37,079 nt of DNA, taken from Tubiluchus corallicola (taxonomy: Eukaryota; Animalia; Priapulida). Made by a program: the position numbers and the translations under genes. The DNA is taken from assembly GCA_030141605.1 (NCBI GenBank), contig JAQGDQ010000842.1:1-37079 (forward strand). The letters are read 5' to 3'. Positions 23,080 through 33,782 of the stretch are shown piece after piece. Every line of letters begins with the position of its first letter. The first letter of the stretch is position 1. The notes below the pieces were generated by a model. It searched no databases. It worked only from the letters and a program-made list of their open reading frames with translations, and had not been told where the DNA came from.

Positions 23080-23522
23080 CTTTATTAAAAACAAAATATA
23101 ATTAATATTAAATTTGATTATTTACCAATATATTTTCATATAATATAACAGTTATTTAACTTTTATACATTCCACAGCAATTATAACGTACTTTACCACT
23201 CCCATGAAACACTAAAATAACCAATATTATCAGTGATTTTTTTTTCGAAATTTTGACCAAACAACCTGCGGAAAAAAAACGTTCTACCCGCTCCTGGTGG
23301 GACTCTCGAAAGAAGATATATAGCTCTTTAGAAAGAGAAAGAACAGGGCTACACGATGATGTAGGCTACATTTGAGCACACATCCACAAGGAGAAGTAGC
23401 GAAGAGTTAATTAGATGTTCTATTTTTGGCAATTTTCGCTTGGAAAACTGCAGACGCAAAGCATTGTTCTGACGTCATGCATTATACTCTGCCTATGCCT
23501 ATATACATATAAAGAACAGTCT

Positions 23523-23776
23523 TATATATAATATAATATAATATAATATAATATAATATAATATAATATAATATAATATAATATAATATAATATAATATA
23601 ATATAATATAATATAATATAATATAATATAATATAATATAATATAATATAATATAATATATAATATAATATAATATAATATAATATAATATAATATAATA
23701 TAATATAATATAATATAATATAATATAATATAATATAATATAATATAATATAATATAATATAATATAATATAATAT
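23523..23776. repeat. (TATAA)n microsatellite abutting the 3' LTR
   Basis: Direct reading. Confidence 0.97.
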
Positions 23777-24284
23777 TGGACTGAATTCGACCCAGGGGGT
23801 CGAACTCCAAGATGGCATGGCGGTCTTGATATTTCGCATCATGAAGTGCCATTTTATAATCGTTGTATAACCGATACTTAATTACAAATGTTATGTTAAA
23901 TAACTAAATTAATGTCTGTAAACAAGTACCTTATACCTGTTATAGCATGTCATCTAACTCTCATAAAACAAAATACACAAAACAACACTGTACGGAGTTT
24001 ATTATCAGCACTAATAAAAATAAGTAACAAAAATACACGTGCACAAAAAAAACTAACTAACGCAGTAACAGCACTACACCCGAGGAGCACCTGTGTCAGA
24101 AATCCAGGCTGTAGTGACCTCTACACGCTTTTATACTGGCATTCCAGGTCAGCTGGCTTCTCACACCATGTGTAGGCCCAAACAAGACGTCTGGACCTAC
24201 AAGAAAGGGGTGAGTCGCTGCAGACTTGGAAGCAGGGCGTGTAGAGGGCCCTACACCTGACCCGACACAGGTGCATCCGTAACA
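23777..24284 (-). repeat. 3' LTR (508 bp)
   Basis: TG...CA termini; preceded on the minus strand by purine-rich GGGGAGGCGGCAA. Confidence 0.88.
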
Positions 24285-24297
24285 TTGCCGCCTCCCC
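24285..24297 (-). promoter_or_regulatory. Polypurine tract
   Basis: GGGGAGGCGGCAA directly abutting the TG of the 3' LTR. Confidence 0.7.
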
Positions 24298-25100
24298 AGA
24301 TGCGTTTGTCCTCAAACGGTTCCAGAACTAGGAGTTAGAATTTGACCAGGCACGTGCTGCCACCTAGCACAAGGCAACAAAAATTCCTTAAGCAAAGGTT
24401 TCTTTAAGTTACAATAATGAAAGATGAGCACGACATATTTCTATTCTTGTTGACATTATTTTAAGGCAATACGCAATTACTACACAAGTGATAACCTATT
24501 TGGTACAGAGATTAGATAATTTTCGATATAACAAACAAAAGGATAAACTGTTTTACGCTGTCTGTTTGAGAATTAATCTAAATTTTCATTAAGAATCAGT
24601 TAAACGATACAAATTGAACAAAGTAACCGTCGTCTAACATTTACTTAATACGAGGCGCTGAGCAGACTCCTGGCATAATTATCACCATCATCATCATCAT
24701 CATTCAGACTACTTTAATCTCTCTTTTGAGGAGATTACAGGAGCCTGCCGAGTGCTTTGGGATCTCTGACGTCTCCTCGGCTATAAAGAAAAAGGTTTAC
24801 CACGGGGATTGTGCTGTTACAAATCTCTCAACGGCTTTTGTAATCACAAGAGAATGCAAAAAAACTTAACAATCCAAGGGTTGGCTATAACTACTAATTA
24901 ATGCAAAAAAATTATCTTGACTACTTAACAAAATCAACTGGAACATCGGATCAGCTGGTATTCTCGTGGTGTTCCTTTTCGTACTGGGCTTCATTTTGGT
25001 CTTACAGACTGCAACGTTGTTGCTGTTGAGAAAGACAACTACTTGATAACTACGCAAAAGTGGCTTGTCAGTCTAACGCTTTTGCTCCTCGTGCTCCTAC

Positions 25101-25925
25101 TTAGTAAGCTGGCTTCCGGGTTCGCACACTGCAAAGAACGTTATTGGCATCTACATCCCAGTGTACGCTGGCAGGTAGTAGGCCTCGTAAAGAGCGTATG
25201 GTTGAGTCCTGTGCTCGAGTTCGAGTTGCAGTTGGGTCGGTAAAAATGAAATCTCCATAAAACGTGGTAGGGAGGCGATTACGATGCGGATAGGTGTGGA
25301 GAGGAGGTGAGGTAGGCTGGCGATCTTCCAAGGATATACCATAGAATGTCGTAGGGGTGATACAAAGTGGTGTTAGAATTAGGTCATCTTGATCAGGAAT
25401 AATAAGTGAGGAAGGTGAAATGTCACGCTCAGGGTTAGGAGAGGGAGAGGCAGTGATCTGGGTTAATGACTGATTTTCTTCATTTTCTATCCCAGAATCC
25501 AACTGGTCGTAAATTATTGTCTCACTACTTTCATCGTTGCTCAAAGTCGATTTCAACTTTTGTGGACTCACGTCCATCTCTTCTGGCAATGAGTTTACTT
25601 CTTCTCTGGAATCATCAGTTCCATTTTCATCTACAGTAACTGGGATAGAGCTAAGTTGTTTATTCGGAGTGGAAGTACGTGGGCGGACTGGAGAGAGGTT
25701 GGACAGTGAAAGATCGCTAGGGTTGAATAGACTGGGAGAGTCAAGCTGTGGCGAGAGGGCTGGAAAAGAGGGGCTGGAAGTACTGGGCATCAAGGCAGGA
25801 AAACTCGAAGCAGTATCAACTTCTTTATTACCGACCAAAGCTTGTTCTGGTAAGTAGGGTGGTGGTGGAGGTAACCCAAAAGACAGAGACTCATTAGCCT
25901 GACTAGACACGGTTCTGATTTCCGA
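25101..25925 (-). other. Ser/Pro-rich open frame, possibly the low-complexity C-terminal tail of a Gypsy pol/integrase
   Basis: About 275 open codons containing YPHRNRLPTTFYG and RTRKPAY, reminiscent of the R.R.PP..Y tails of LTR-element pol ORFs. No catalytic motif is visible. Confidence 0.4.
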
Positions 25926-25928
25926 AGC

Positions 25929-26112
25929 ATCGTAGAGTTTTTCTCCCACCAATTAACGCCCACGCAGCGATGTTGGACTGCCTCGGAGCGCGAATTATAC
26001 GCGATAGTTTACGGTATTCGGAAATTACACCTTTGTCTTTATGGCAGCCGGTATGTTATACGTACGGACCATAAAAGTCTGCAATACCTGATTGAGAGCA
26101 AGCAGTTAAAGA
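25929..26112 (+). pseudogene. Gypsy RNase H fragment, opposite in orientation to the surrounding element (not in the ORF track)
   Basis: Frame from 25929 reads IVEFFSHQLTPTQRCWTASERELYAIVYGIRKLHLCLYGSRYVIRTDHKSLQYL, matching the Ty3/Gypsy RNase H pattern S..L...Q.....E.E..AIV......YL.G......TDH..L..L. Confidence 0.8.
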
Positions 26113-26738
26113 AAGGAAATAGCAGCCAGCTTCAATTGCATGAGAAAAGAGCAACATGATCAGCTTCAAAGCGGTGATATAGTGGATATGAGTAATGAAG
26201 CTAGTAGCTGAATGAATGACAGAGAGCCGAAATAATAGTAGTGAACAACAACCAGGATTACATCCTGTTTCTCAGGCTTCTTCATTATTTTTCTTGTTGC
26301 CCGATTCTTCACAATAGCTACCTGTCTATTGGCCAAATCAAAAATCTACAATTTCATTGTGCTAAGATTGATGAGACGACCTTTTGTTCCAAAGAAGTCG
26401 CCAATCCATAGAAAGAGCTGAATGGCAGATCATTAACAGTTAATTCCAACATAACTTCACCAGAAAAGGAAAACAGATTAAAACCAGCATTTTAAATGGC
26501 GAAAAAGATGAGATAAGCGTAGTTAACACTACATTTCAATAATGACAGTCCATAAATCTTTTTTGTATGCCATATCATACGGTTCTAAGCTGCATGCGCA
26601 AGTGTGTAGAAGGTGTTATATCACATAAGAGTTGATGCAGAACCCATTAACATAAAACTTGAATTGTCTGCTGGAAACGATACAGTTAGTAGCCTTAGCA
26701 GGAGTGATATCCAGACATTAGTGGTTTTATATTTACAG

Positions 26739-27712
26739 ATTAAGTGTGTAGTTCACATTGTATTAAGCACCTTAAGTGCAGCATACGGGTTAGTTGTTAA
26801 GTGTGTAGTTCACATTGTATTAAGCACCTTAAGTGCAGCATACGGATTAGCTGTTAAGTGTGTAGTTCACATTGTATTAAGCACCTTAAGTGCAGCATAC
26901 GGATTAGCTGTTAAGTGTGTAGTTCACATTGTAATAAGCACCTTAAGTGCAGCATACGGATTAGTTGTTAAGTGTGTAGTTCACATTGTATTAAGCACCT
27001 TAAGTGCAGCATACGGATTAGCTGTTAAGTGTGTAGTTCACATTGTAATAAGCACCTTAAGTGCAGCATACGGATTAGCTGTTAAGTGTGTAGTTCACAT
27101 TGTATTAAGCACCTTAAGTGCAGCATGCGGATTAGTTGTTAAGTGTGTAGCTCACATTATATTAAGCACCTTAAGTGCAGCATACGGATAGTTGTAGAGT
27201 GTGTAGTTCACATTGTATTAAGCACCTTAAGTGCAGCGTACGGATTAGTTGTAGAGTGTGTATTTCACATTGTATTAAGCACCTTAAGTGCAGCATACGG
27301 ATTAGCTGTTAAGTGTGTATTTCACATTGTATTAAGCACCTTAAGTGCAGCATACGGATTAGCTGTTAAGTGTGTAGTTCACATTGTATTAAGCACCTTA
27401 AGTGCAGCATACGGATTAGCTGTTAAGTGTGTATTTCACATTGTATTAAGCACCTTAAGTGCAGCATACGGATTAGCTGTTAAGTGTGTAGTTCACATTG
27501 TATTAAGCACCTTAAGTGCAGCATACGGATTAGCTGTTAAGTGTGTAGTTCACATTGTAATAAGCACCTTAAGTGCAGCATACGGATTAGTTGTTAAGTG
27601 TGTAGTTCACATTGTATTAAGCACCTTAAGTGCAGCATACGGATTAGTTGTTAAGTGTGTAGTTCACATTGTATTAAGCACCTTAAGTGCAGCATACGGA
27701 ATAATTGCTAAG
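26739..27712. repeat. Minisatellite, about 17 x 57 bp, inside the LTR element
   Basis: TAAGTGTGTAGTTCACATTGTATTAAGCACCTTAAGTGCAGCATACGGATTAGCTGT repeated. Confidence 0.95.
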
Positions 27713-28317
27713 TGAATTGCTTGAGTATCTCTTGGAGTAATACATTAGTTGTGAACGCCTACAAGCGTGTAAGGATAAATCTTGTACAGCTACCTAGATA
27801 AAAGTAAATTTGTAAACCAATAAAGCTGATTCACTTTAACGTAACTTATGAGTTCATGTATGCTTTAAAATGTATAAAGTTAAGCAACACTAAATCCGAC
27901 TTACGATCCCGTAGATTCGCATTGCATTAATTATTAATTAATCATATGAAGTTCAATTGCTTAAATAGAAGGTGAATCGATTAAATTATTATACAATCTA
28001 TATAGATAACAAATCACTTGAATACTATATGATCACAAGATACAAAATAAGGAAGTGATACTGGTTTGAAGAAACCAAAAAACTTGAAATTTAGTTTCAA
28101 AATTTTATTCTGAAATGCCTACATAAGCAGTGAAGTAGTGTCATGTTGAAAATCAGAAAGCCAAGTAAAGAACTGCAAGTGAAATAATTTAGGTGTGAAA
28201 ACAGGTTTAGAGATTATGCATTCATAAAGACTGTAGAAGCCAATGAAAATTTAAACAGTAAAGAGAAAGTTCAACAATTTTAACAAGAGCACCTGAAGGT
28301 GGCAGCACTATCCAAAA

Positions 28318-29787
28318 CTAAAAAAGTATGATGACATTAGGATAAATATACAACATAAATTTAGATTTAGAATAATTAAAAATGATTTTCTTTTGTCCAG
28401 ATACAGTGTCAAATTGTGGGTAGGCCAGAACTGGCGCATTTGTAAGCAAAGTTTTCAAACAATTAAAAGCGTTTTGTTGAATAGCCTGCCAAACGTAAGG
28501 TTGCTGCTTGCGAGTTAGTAAATGCAGAGGTGCCGCTACATCCTTGAAGTTTTTTATGAAATGCTGGTAGTACGTGCACAGGCCTAAAAAGCTTCTAAGA
28601 TCAGATACGTTATTAGGTTCAGGCCAGTTCACAACGGCTTCTATTTTTGCCGGATCGGTACGTACACCGGTATGGCTAACAACATGTCCTAGATACGTGA
28701 CTTCTCTTTGCGTTAGCAAACACTTTTTAGCATTGAGTTTTAGGCCTGCCAACGCATCAGCAAGGTTCGTGGGAAAGCTTTGCTGCACGTTTATAGCTAG
28801 TTCTACATCACACAAACCATCTATGAACTTCAACGCTAATTGATGTTCTGCAGAATTTAAGTCAACTGCTGGGTATGCACGGTGGTACAAAGTACGCAAA
28901 TGATCTGCATATTGCCGCAAGTCTTCGCCGGGTTGACGGTAACGGCTGTTGTATTGAGCGCGGTATACACTTTCGCGATTGTCACACCCGAATCGACGGC
29001 TTAAAGCAGAGCATAGCATTGCATAATCAGAGCGTTGGGCAGGCGACAAAGTTTCAAGAACCCCAACAGCTTTCCCTTTAAGTTTCAGTGCTAAACGTAA
29101 ACCAGCTTCATAATTATTCCAACTGTTAAGTTCAACTAACAAATGAAATTGCGCTTTATAACTTTCCCATGGGACCGTTTCCCCATCAAAAAATGGTAAG
29201 TTTTTCACTTCTTGCACGCTAACAGTATTTGTGGTGTGTAAGCTAGGTTGACAAACAGACGTGCTACTCTGAACCGGTACTTCTGACTGCGCATGCGTGG
29301 GAGTACAAAATTGAATTGGGGAATCTGAAAACTTCCCATTTCCATGATTTTCAGCGAAATGGACTAACGGTTTAGGAGATTCACTATTTAGTTTACAAAC
29401 AGCGGGTTCGACAGTTTGGCACAGCTCGCTAGCTGGAGTAGAATTCAAAACAGGTTTTCCACTCAAAGTAGGCCTATGTTCAGGCCGAGATACGTCACAG
29501 CGTTCAGAAAAATTCTCTGCTAAGCTAGTGACCGCTTGAGAAAGCGCAGCCACTGCACAACTCAAATCTTTAAACTGGGAATCACAACTCGATGACAAAT
29601 TTCGCAATTCTACAGCTAAATTTTGATTACTGGGACTGGCAGTATTAAAGCCTGAATTTTCGCGTTGACCAAGTACGCGATCAAGGTTAGCATTAGTAGA
29701 CAGAAATGAATTTGTCTGACCTAGTTTATTATCAGGATGAGAAATTACGCTTGGGGGACACAATTGACAATAGGGCCAGCAGAACAA
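28318..29787 (-). pseudogene. Gypsy gag fused in frame to an RT thumb/connection fragment
   Basis: Gag capsid-like LPFFDG..WESY...L..RFG...RQPGEDLRQYA...AYP...FIDGL runs directly into AGLKLNAKKC...YLGHVV...DPAKIEAV..WPEP..VSDLRSFLGLCTYY...APVLAYP. No protease or YxDD is present. Confidence 0.85.
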
Positions 29788-29876
29788 CGCTCTAAAGAGC
29801 TTACCCAGGAAGAAGCCTGAGAAGCCACATCATCATCAAAAAAACTTTGAGCAGGGTGTGGTTGAGAATGTTCTTT

Positions 29877-29895
29877 ATCCACTTCTGCGACACCA
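29877..29895 (-). promoter_or_regulatory. Primer-binding site, tRNA-Leu-like
   Basis: Minus strand TGGTGTCGCAGAAGTGGAT begins 1 nt after the LTR end and resembles TGGTGTCAGAAGTGGGAT, the complement of a tRNA-Leu 3' end. Confidence 0.75.
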
Positions 29896-29896
29896 G

Positions 29897-30420
29897 TGGA
29901 CTGAATTCCACCCAGGGGGTCGAACTCCAAGATGGCATGGCGGTTTTGATATTGCGCATCATGAAGTTCCATTTTCTAATCGTTGTGTAACCGATACTTA
30001 ATTACAAATGTTAATGTTAATTACAAATGTTATGTTAAATAACTAAATCAATGTCTAATACCTTATACCTGTTATAGCATGTCATCTAACTCTCATAAAA
30101 CAAAATACACAAAAACTACACTGTACGGAGCTTATTAACAGCACTAATAAAAATAAGTAACAAAAATACACGTGCACAAAAAATAACTAACTAACGCAGT
30201 AATAGCACTACACCCCCGATGAGCACCTGTGTCAGAAATCAAGGCTGTAGTGACCTCTACACGCTTTTATACTGGCATTCCAGGTCGGCTGGCTTCTCAC
30301 ACCACGTGTAGACCCAAACAAGACGTCTGGACCTACAAGAAAGGGGTGAGTCGCTGCTGTCGTGGAAGCAGGGCGTGTAGAGGGCCCTACACCTGACCCG
30401 ACACAGCTGCCTCCGTAACA
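29897..30420 (-). repeat. 5' LTR (524 bp)
   Basis: TG...CA termini on the minus strand; aligns by eye with 23777-24284; followed by the PBS. Confidence 0.88.
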
Positions 30421-30586
30421 ATATATATATTATATGTAGTATATATATATATATATATATATACATGTACATGTGTATTAGACATGTATTATATGTGTAA
30501 TATTATATATTATATTATATATAATATATGTAGTTGTATCCAGAAACCACTGAAATTAAAACAAACTAGAGCATTAAAGTTATTAC

Positions 30587-30691
30587 CTTTGCAGCCTTAC
30601 TGCTGATGTTTAAACCACTTTCAGCACCTGCAATCACCGCATGGAGAGAAACTAATACTGACAATAAGCTGATCACAGAGACCACAGTCAT
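30587..30691 (-). pseudogene. Orphan exon 1 (signal peptide) of lectin paralogue D
   Basis: MTVVSVISLLSVLVSLHAVIAGAESGLNISSKAAK|GTAAT, close to lectin A exon 1 and embedded in a duplicate of 2050-3230. I found no matching exon 2 between it and lectin C. Confidence 0.7.
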
Positions 30692-31692
30692 TGTGCAAGT
30701 AATAAGCAATAAAATACGAAAGCAAGTCTTGTAGGTTTGTGAATCTAACTAAGAAAAAATAAGTGATCCGAAACGAAGCAGAAAAGTAATCCAAATAAAA
30801 TGCTTCAGTACAAATGTTGGAAAAGAAATTTTAATAAACTACTGACACACGTTATTAATGTAAAATCAATCCCTATAAGATCAAGGGAAAGCCTTGTTCT
30901 AATACCTATTGACACGATTTAAACTGTTGGAATGCTAACTAGCATACAATTTATGCCACGCATTGTGACAACAATGAAAAATTTAACTATTGTTGTTTCA
31001 TTCTGCATTCTTTGGCGCATTGTTTTGTAATAAGCATTGTCTCGATTTAAAACCCATATTAATATTCCACTAGTAAAAGCTCCACAAAACATGCGTATAA
31101 AAACATTTTTATTCAAAAATATACAAACATCTTACATAGTTCTCGTTTATAACGCAAAGCCAGCAGCAGCAGTTTTTACTGAATTGAACTTATAAGATTA
31201 TAAGCAGAGTACAATAGATGATGACAGAGTAATGGCTTTGTGTCAACAGTTTTCCAAGCGAAAATCCCAAAAATGGAGCATTTAATTACAGTAATTTTGC
31301 ATCAGTAAAAGCTGCTGCTGGCTGTTATAATGTAAGCGTTATTATTATAGTAGTCTATTATGATCAAAAGGAGCAGTTTGCAAAAATTTTGTATAATGTA
31401 TGTGCATTACTGATCATTGGTGGATGGGTGTAATAGCATTTATCATAACATACAATTTCAACTTTTTGCAAAATATACTGCTTGGTTTCACTATGCTGCT
31501 GTGTTGTTGGTGTTGATGCTATAAGTGTTGTCATCCTCGTCGTCATCATCATTTTCATCATTATAATCGCGATGTGATCTGGCTGTTTTGGGGTGGAGGG
31601 TGAGGTGTGGTGTGGTGTGGTGCAATATGGGTTGTGTGGTTTATAAAGCTAAATAAGTTCACTATTACTATTACTAATACTATTATTTTTAT

Positions 31693-31715
31693 TGTTACTG
31701 TTACTGTTACTGTTA

Positions 31716-31750
<35 letters not shown>

Positions 31751-32305
31751 ACTGTTACTGTTACTGTTACTGTTACTTTACTGTTACTGTTACTGTTACT
31801 GTTACTGTTACTGTTACTGTTACTGTTACTGTTACTGTTACTGTTACTGTTACTGTTACTGTTACTGTTACTGTTACTGTTACTGTTACTGTTACTGTTA
31901 CTGTTACTGTTACTGTTACTGTTACTGTTACTATACCCATCACTATCACTATCACTATCAGTATCACTATCACTGTCACTATCACTGTCACTGTCACTGT
32001 CACTGTCACTGTCACTGTCACTGTCACTGTCACTGTCACTGTCACTGTCACTGTCACTGTCACTGTCACTGTCACTGTCGCTGTCACGGTTACTGTTTAT
32101 ATTACTGATGCTGTTACTGTTACTGTTACTGTTACTGTTACTGTTACTGTTACTGTTACTGTTACTGTTACTATTACTATCACTATTACTATTACTATTA
32201 CTATTACCATTAGTATTACTATTACTATTACTACTATTATTACTATTGCTGTTGCCGTTGCCGTTACCGTTACCGTTACAATTACCATTACCATTACTAT
32301 TACTA
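31693..32305. repeat. (GTTACT)n/(GTCACT)n compound microsatellite
   Basis: Direct reading. Confidence 0.97.
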
Positions 32306-32309
32306 TTGT

Positions 32310-32812
32310 TTGGTGCCAGACACAGAGGCACTTAAAAGAGCTGACCTCCTCAGAGCATTCATTCACTCTTCCTCAAAACACAAGTTCGGTGGGCAGGGCA
32401 TGTGATTCACATGCCAGACAACTGCATACCAAAGAAGATGCTCTATGGAGTACTTGTGTCTGGAAAGAGAAAGGTTGGACGACCAAAGAAACGCTTCAAA
32501 GACAGCCTGAAGGCCTCACTCAAGGAGCTCAGCATGGATATCCGCTCATTGGAAACCCTTGCACAAGATCGCTCAGCATGGCGGAGTGAAATCACCACAG
32601 GGGCTAAGAATTGAGGAGGCAGAGGAGAAGCGCAGGAGACGTAAGGCATGCAACACTGCCCAACAACAGGTCCAAACACCCAGCCTCACTTGTGCCAAAT
32701 GCCAAAGAAGTTTCCAGGCCAGAACTGGCCTAGTCAGTCACTTTCGAGCTCATCAAAGTAATGACAACCCCCAAATTGACCTTTTATCCCTGTCACTATG
32801 GTCATCTTCGAT
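32310..32812 (+). mobile_element. 5'-truncated RTE-clade LINE, 3' end
   Basis: VPDTEALKRA...QVRWAGHVIHMPDNCIPKKMLYG.L..GKR.VGRPKKRFKDSLK...AQDRSAWR, then across a frameshift CAKCQRSFQARTGLVSHFRAH (terminal C2H2). Confidence 0.8.
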
Positions 32813-32879
32813 TATATATATATTGATCGAATATACACAAATTGATACATGGACTAGCCGAACCCTGCAAAAAGAATTT

Positions 32880-33765
32880 TGCACATAAACTCACAACAAA
32901 CCACCCAAACCACCCCACCACACTACCCCACCACACTACCCTCGCCAAACCACACATACTTGCCATACCACTCACACCACACAACCCACATTGCATCACA
33001 CCACACCGCTACAAATGCTACTTGACACAGCCACCAATGATCAATAATTCATGAACAATGAACATGCTACACGGTATTTATTACCTGGTTTCCAGAGGAT
33101 AATAGGATAACAAACCTTACTTACACGTAAAATATGTAACTATGCAGATTTGTGTGTAACAGCAATCCCTGGAACAGCCGCATAATTTTTAAAACTCAAA
33201 TGGGAGTTCCAAATATTGTGCAATACTGAATGGTTAAAAACGTACACCCTTCCCATTTCTTCTAACGGCCATCTCTCCCAATGAAATCTCTCTGTCCTGT
33301 AGATCATTTATCCTCCTTCTAGGAGCATGTCTATTTTTCCCGACATGCCAAAAAAGTTCCGCAAAGCATAGTTTTTTTGGTTTACAGGCAGTTATCTGCA
33401 AAATTTGGCTGTATTTGTCTGGCAAAATGCCTATTGTAGGATGGCAAATTCTAAATACGAATACTATACCCACTATTGAACAGCTTGTCCAACCATCAAT
33501 CAGATGACACTATATCAAGCCCTTTTATTTTAAATTGTGATCGTCAAAAATGGTGCAGTCTTCGAAGCTGTGGCCCCAAATCTTTATGAATATTTATACG
33601 CCAATTTTACAATCACAATTTAAAACAAAAAGGCTTGATATAGTGTCATCTCATTGATGGTTTATTTAACAAATAATGGTTGGGCAACTGTTCAATAGTG
33701 GGTGTAGCATTCGTATTTAGAATTTGTTATCCTGCAATGCACATTTTCTCAGACAAATACAATAA
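32880..33765. repeat. Dispersed repeat homologous to 540-1380, ending in an approximately 350-bp imperfect palindrome (33410-33760)
   Basis: Shares CAAATGCTACTTGACA..CCACCAATGATCAATAAT and TTAAAAACGTACACCCTTCCCATTTCTTCTAA with 800-1050. Segment 33411-33553 is the reverse complement of 33601-33760. Confidence 0.82.
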
Positions 33766-33782
33766 AATGAATAAATATAAAT

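Larger units (their letters stand above)
23777..30420 (-). mobile_element. Ty3/Gypsy LTR retrotransposon, internally deleted and rearranged
   Basis: Two similar direct repeats (23777-24284, 29897-30420) reading TGTTACGG...AGTCCA on the minus strand. PBS next to one and polypurine tract next to the other; ATAT on both flanks; gag and RT remnants inside. Confidence 0.88.
30520..32305. repeat. Direct duplicate of about 2050-3925 (lectin A exon 1, upstream region and GTTACT microsatellite)
   Basis: Colinear match from GTAGTTGTATCCAGAAACCACTGAAATTAA through exon 1 to the hexamer array. Confidence 0.9.

Noticed and set aside
23185-23500. Possible non-autonomous DNA transposon fragment
   Set aside because: No terminal inverted repeats or TSD could be identified.
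23499-23852. ILYY-repeat ORFs
   Set aside because: (TATAA)n read through from the LTR end.
11860-27712. CRISPR-like arrays
   Set aside because: All arrays are head-to-tail tandem repeats with no unique spacers; eukaryotic context and no cas genes.
31561-32366. NS/DS-repeat and poly-L ORFs resembling acidic biomineral proteins
   Set aside because: Same microsatellite family; frame differs from the paralogous array; no signal peptide or splice support.
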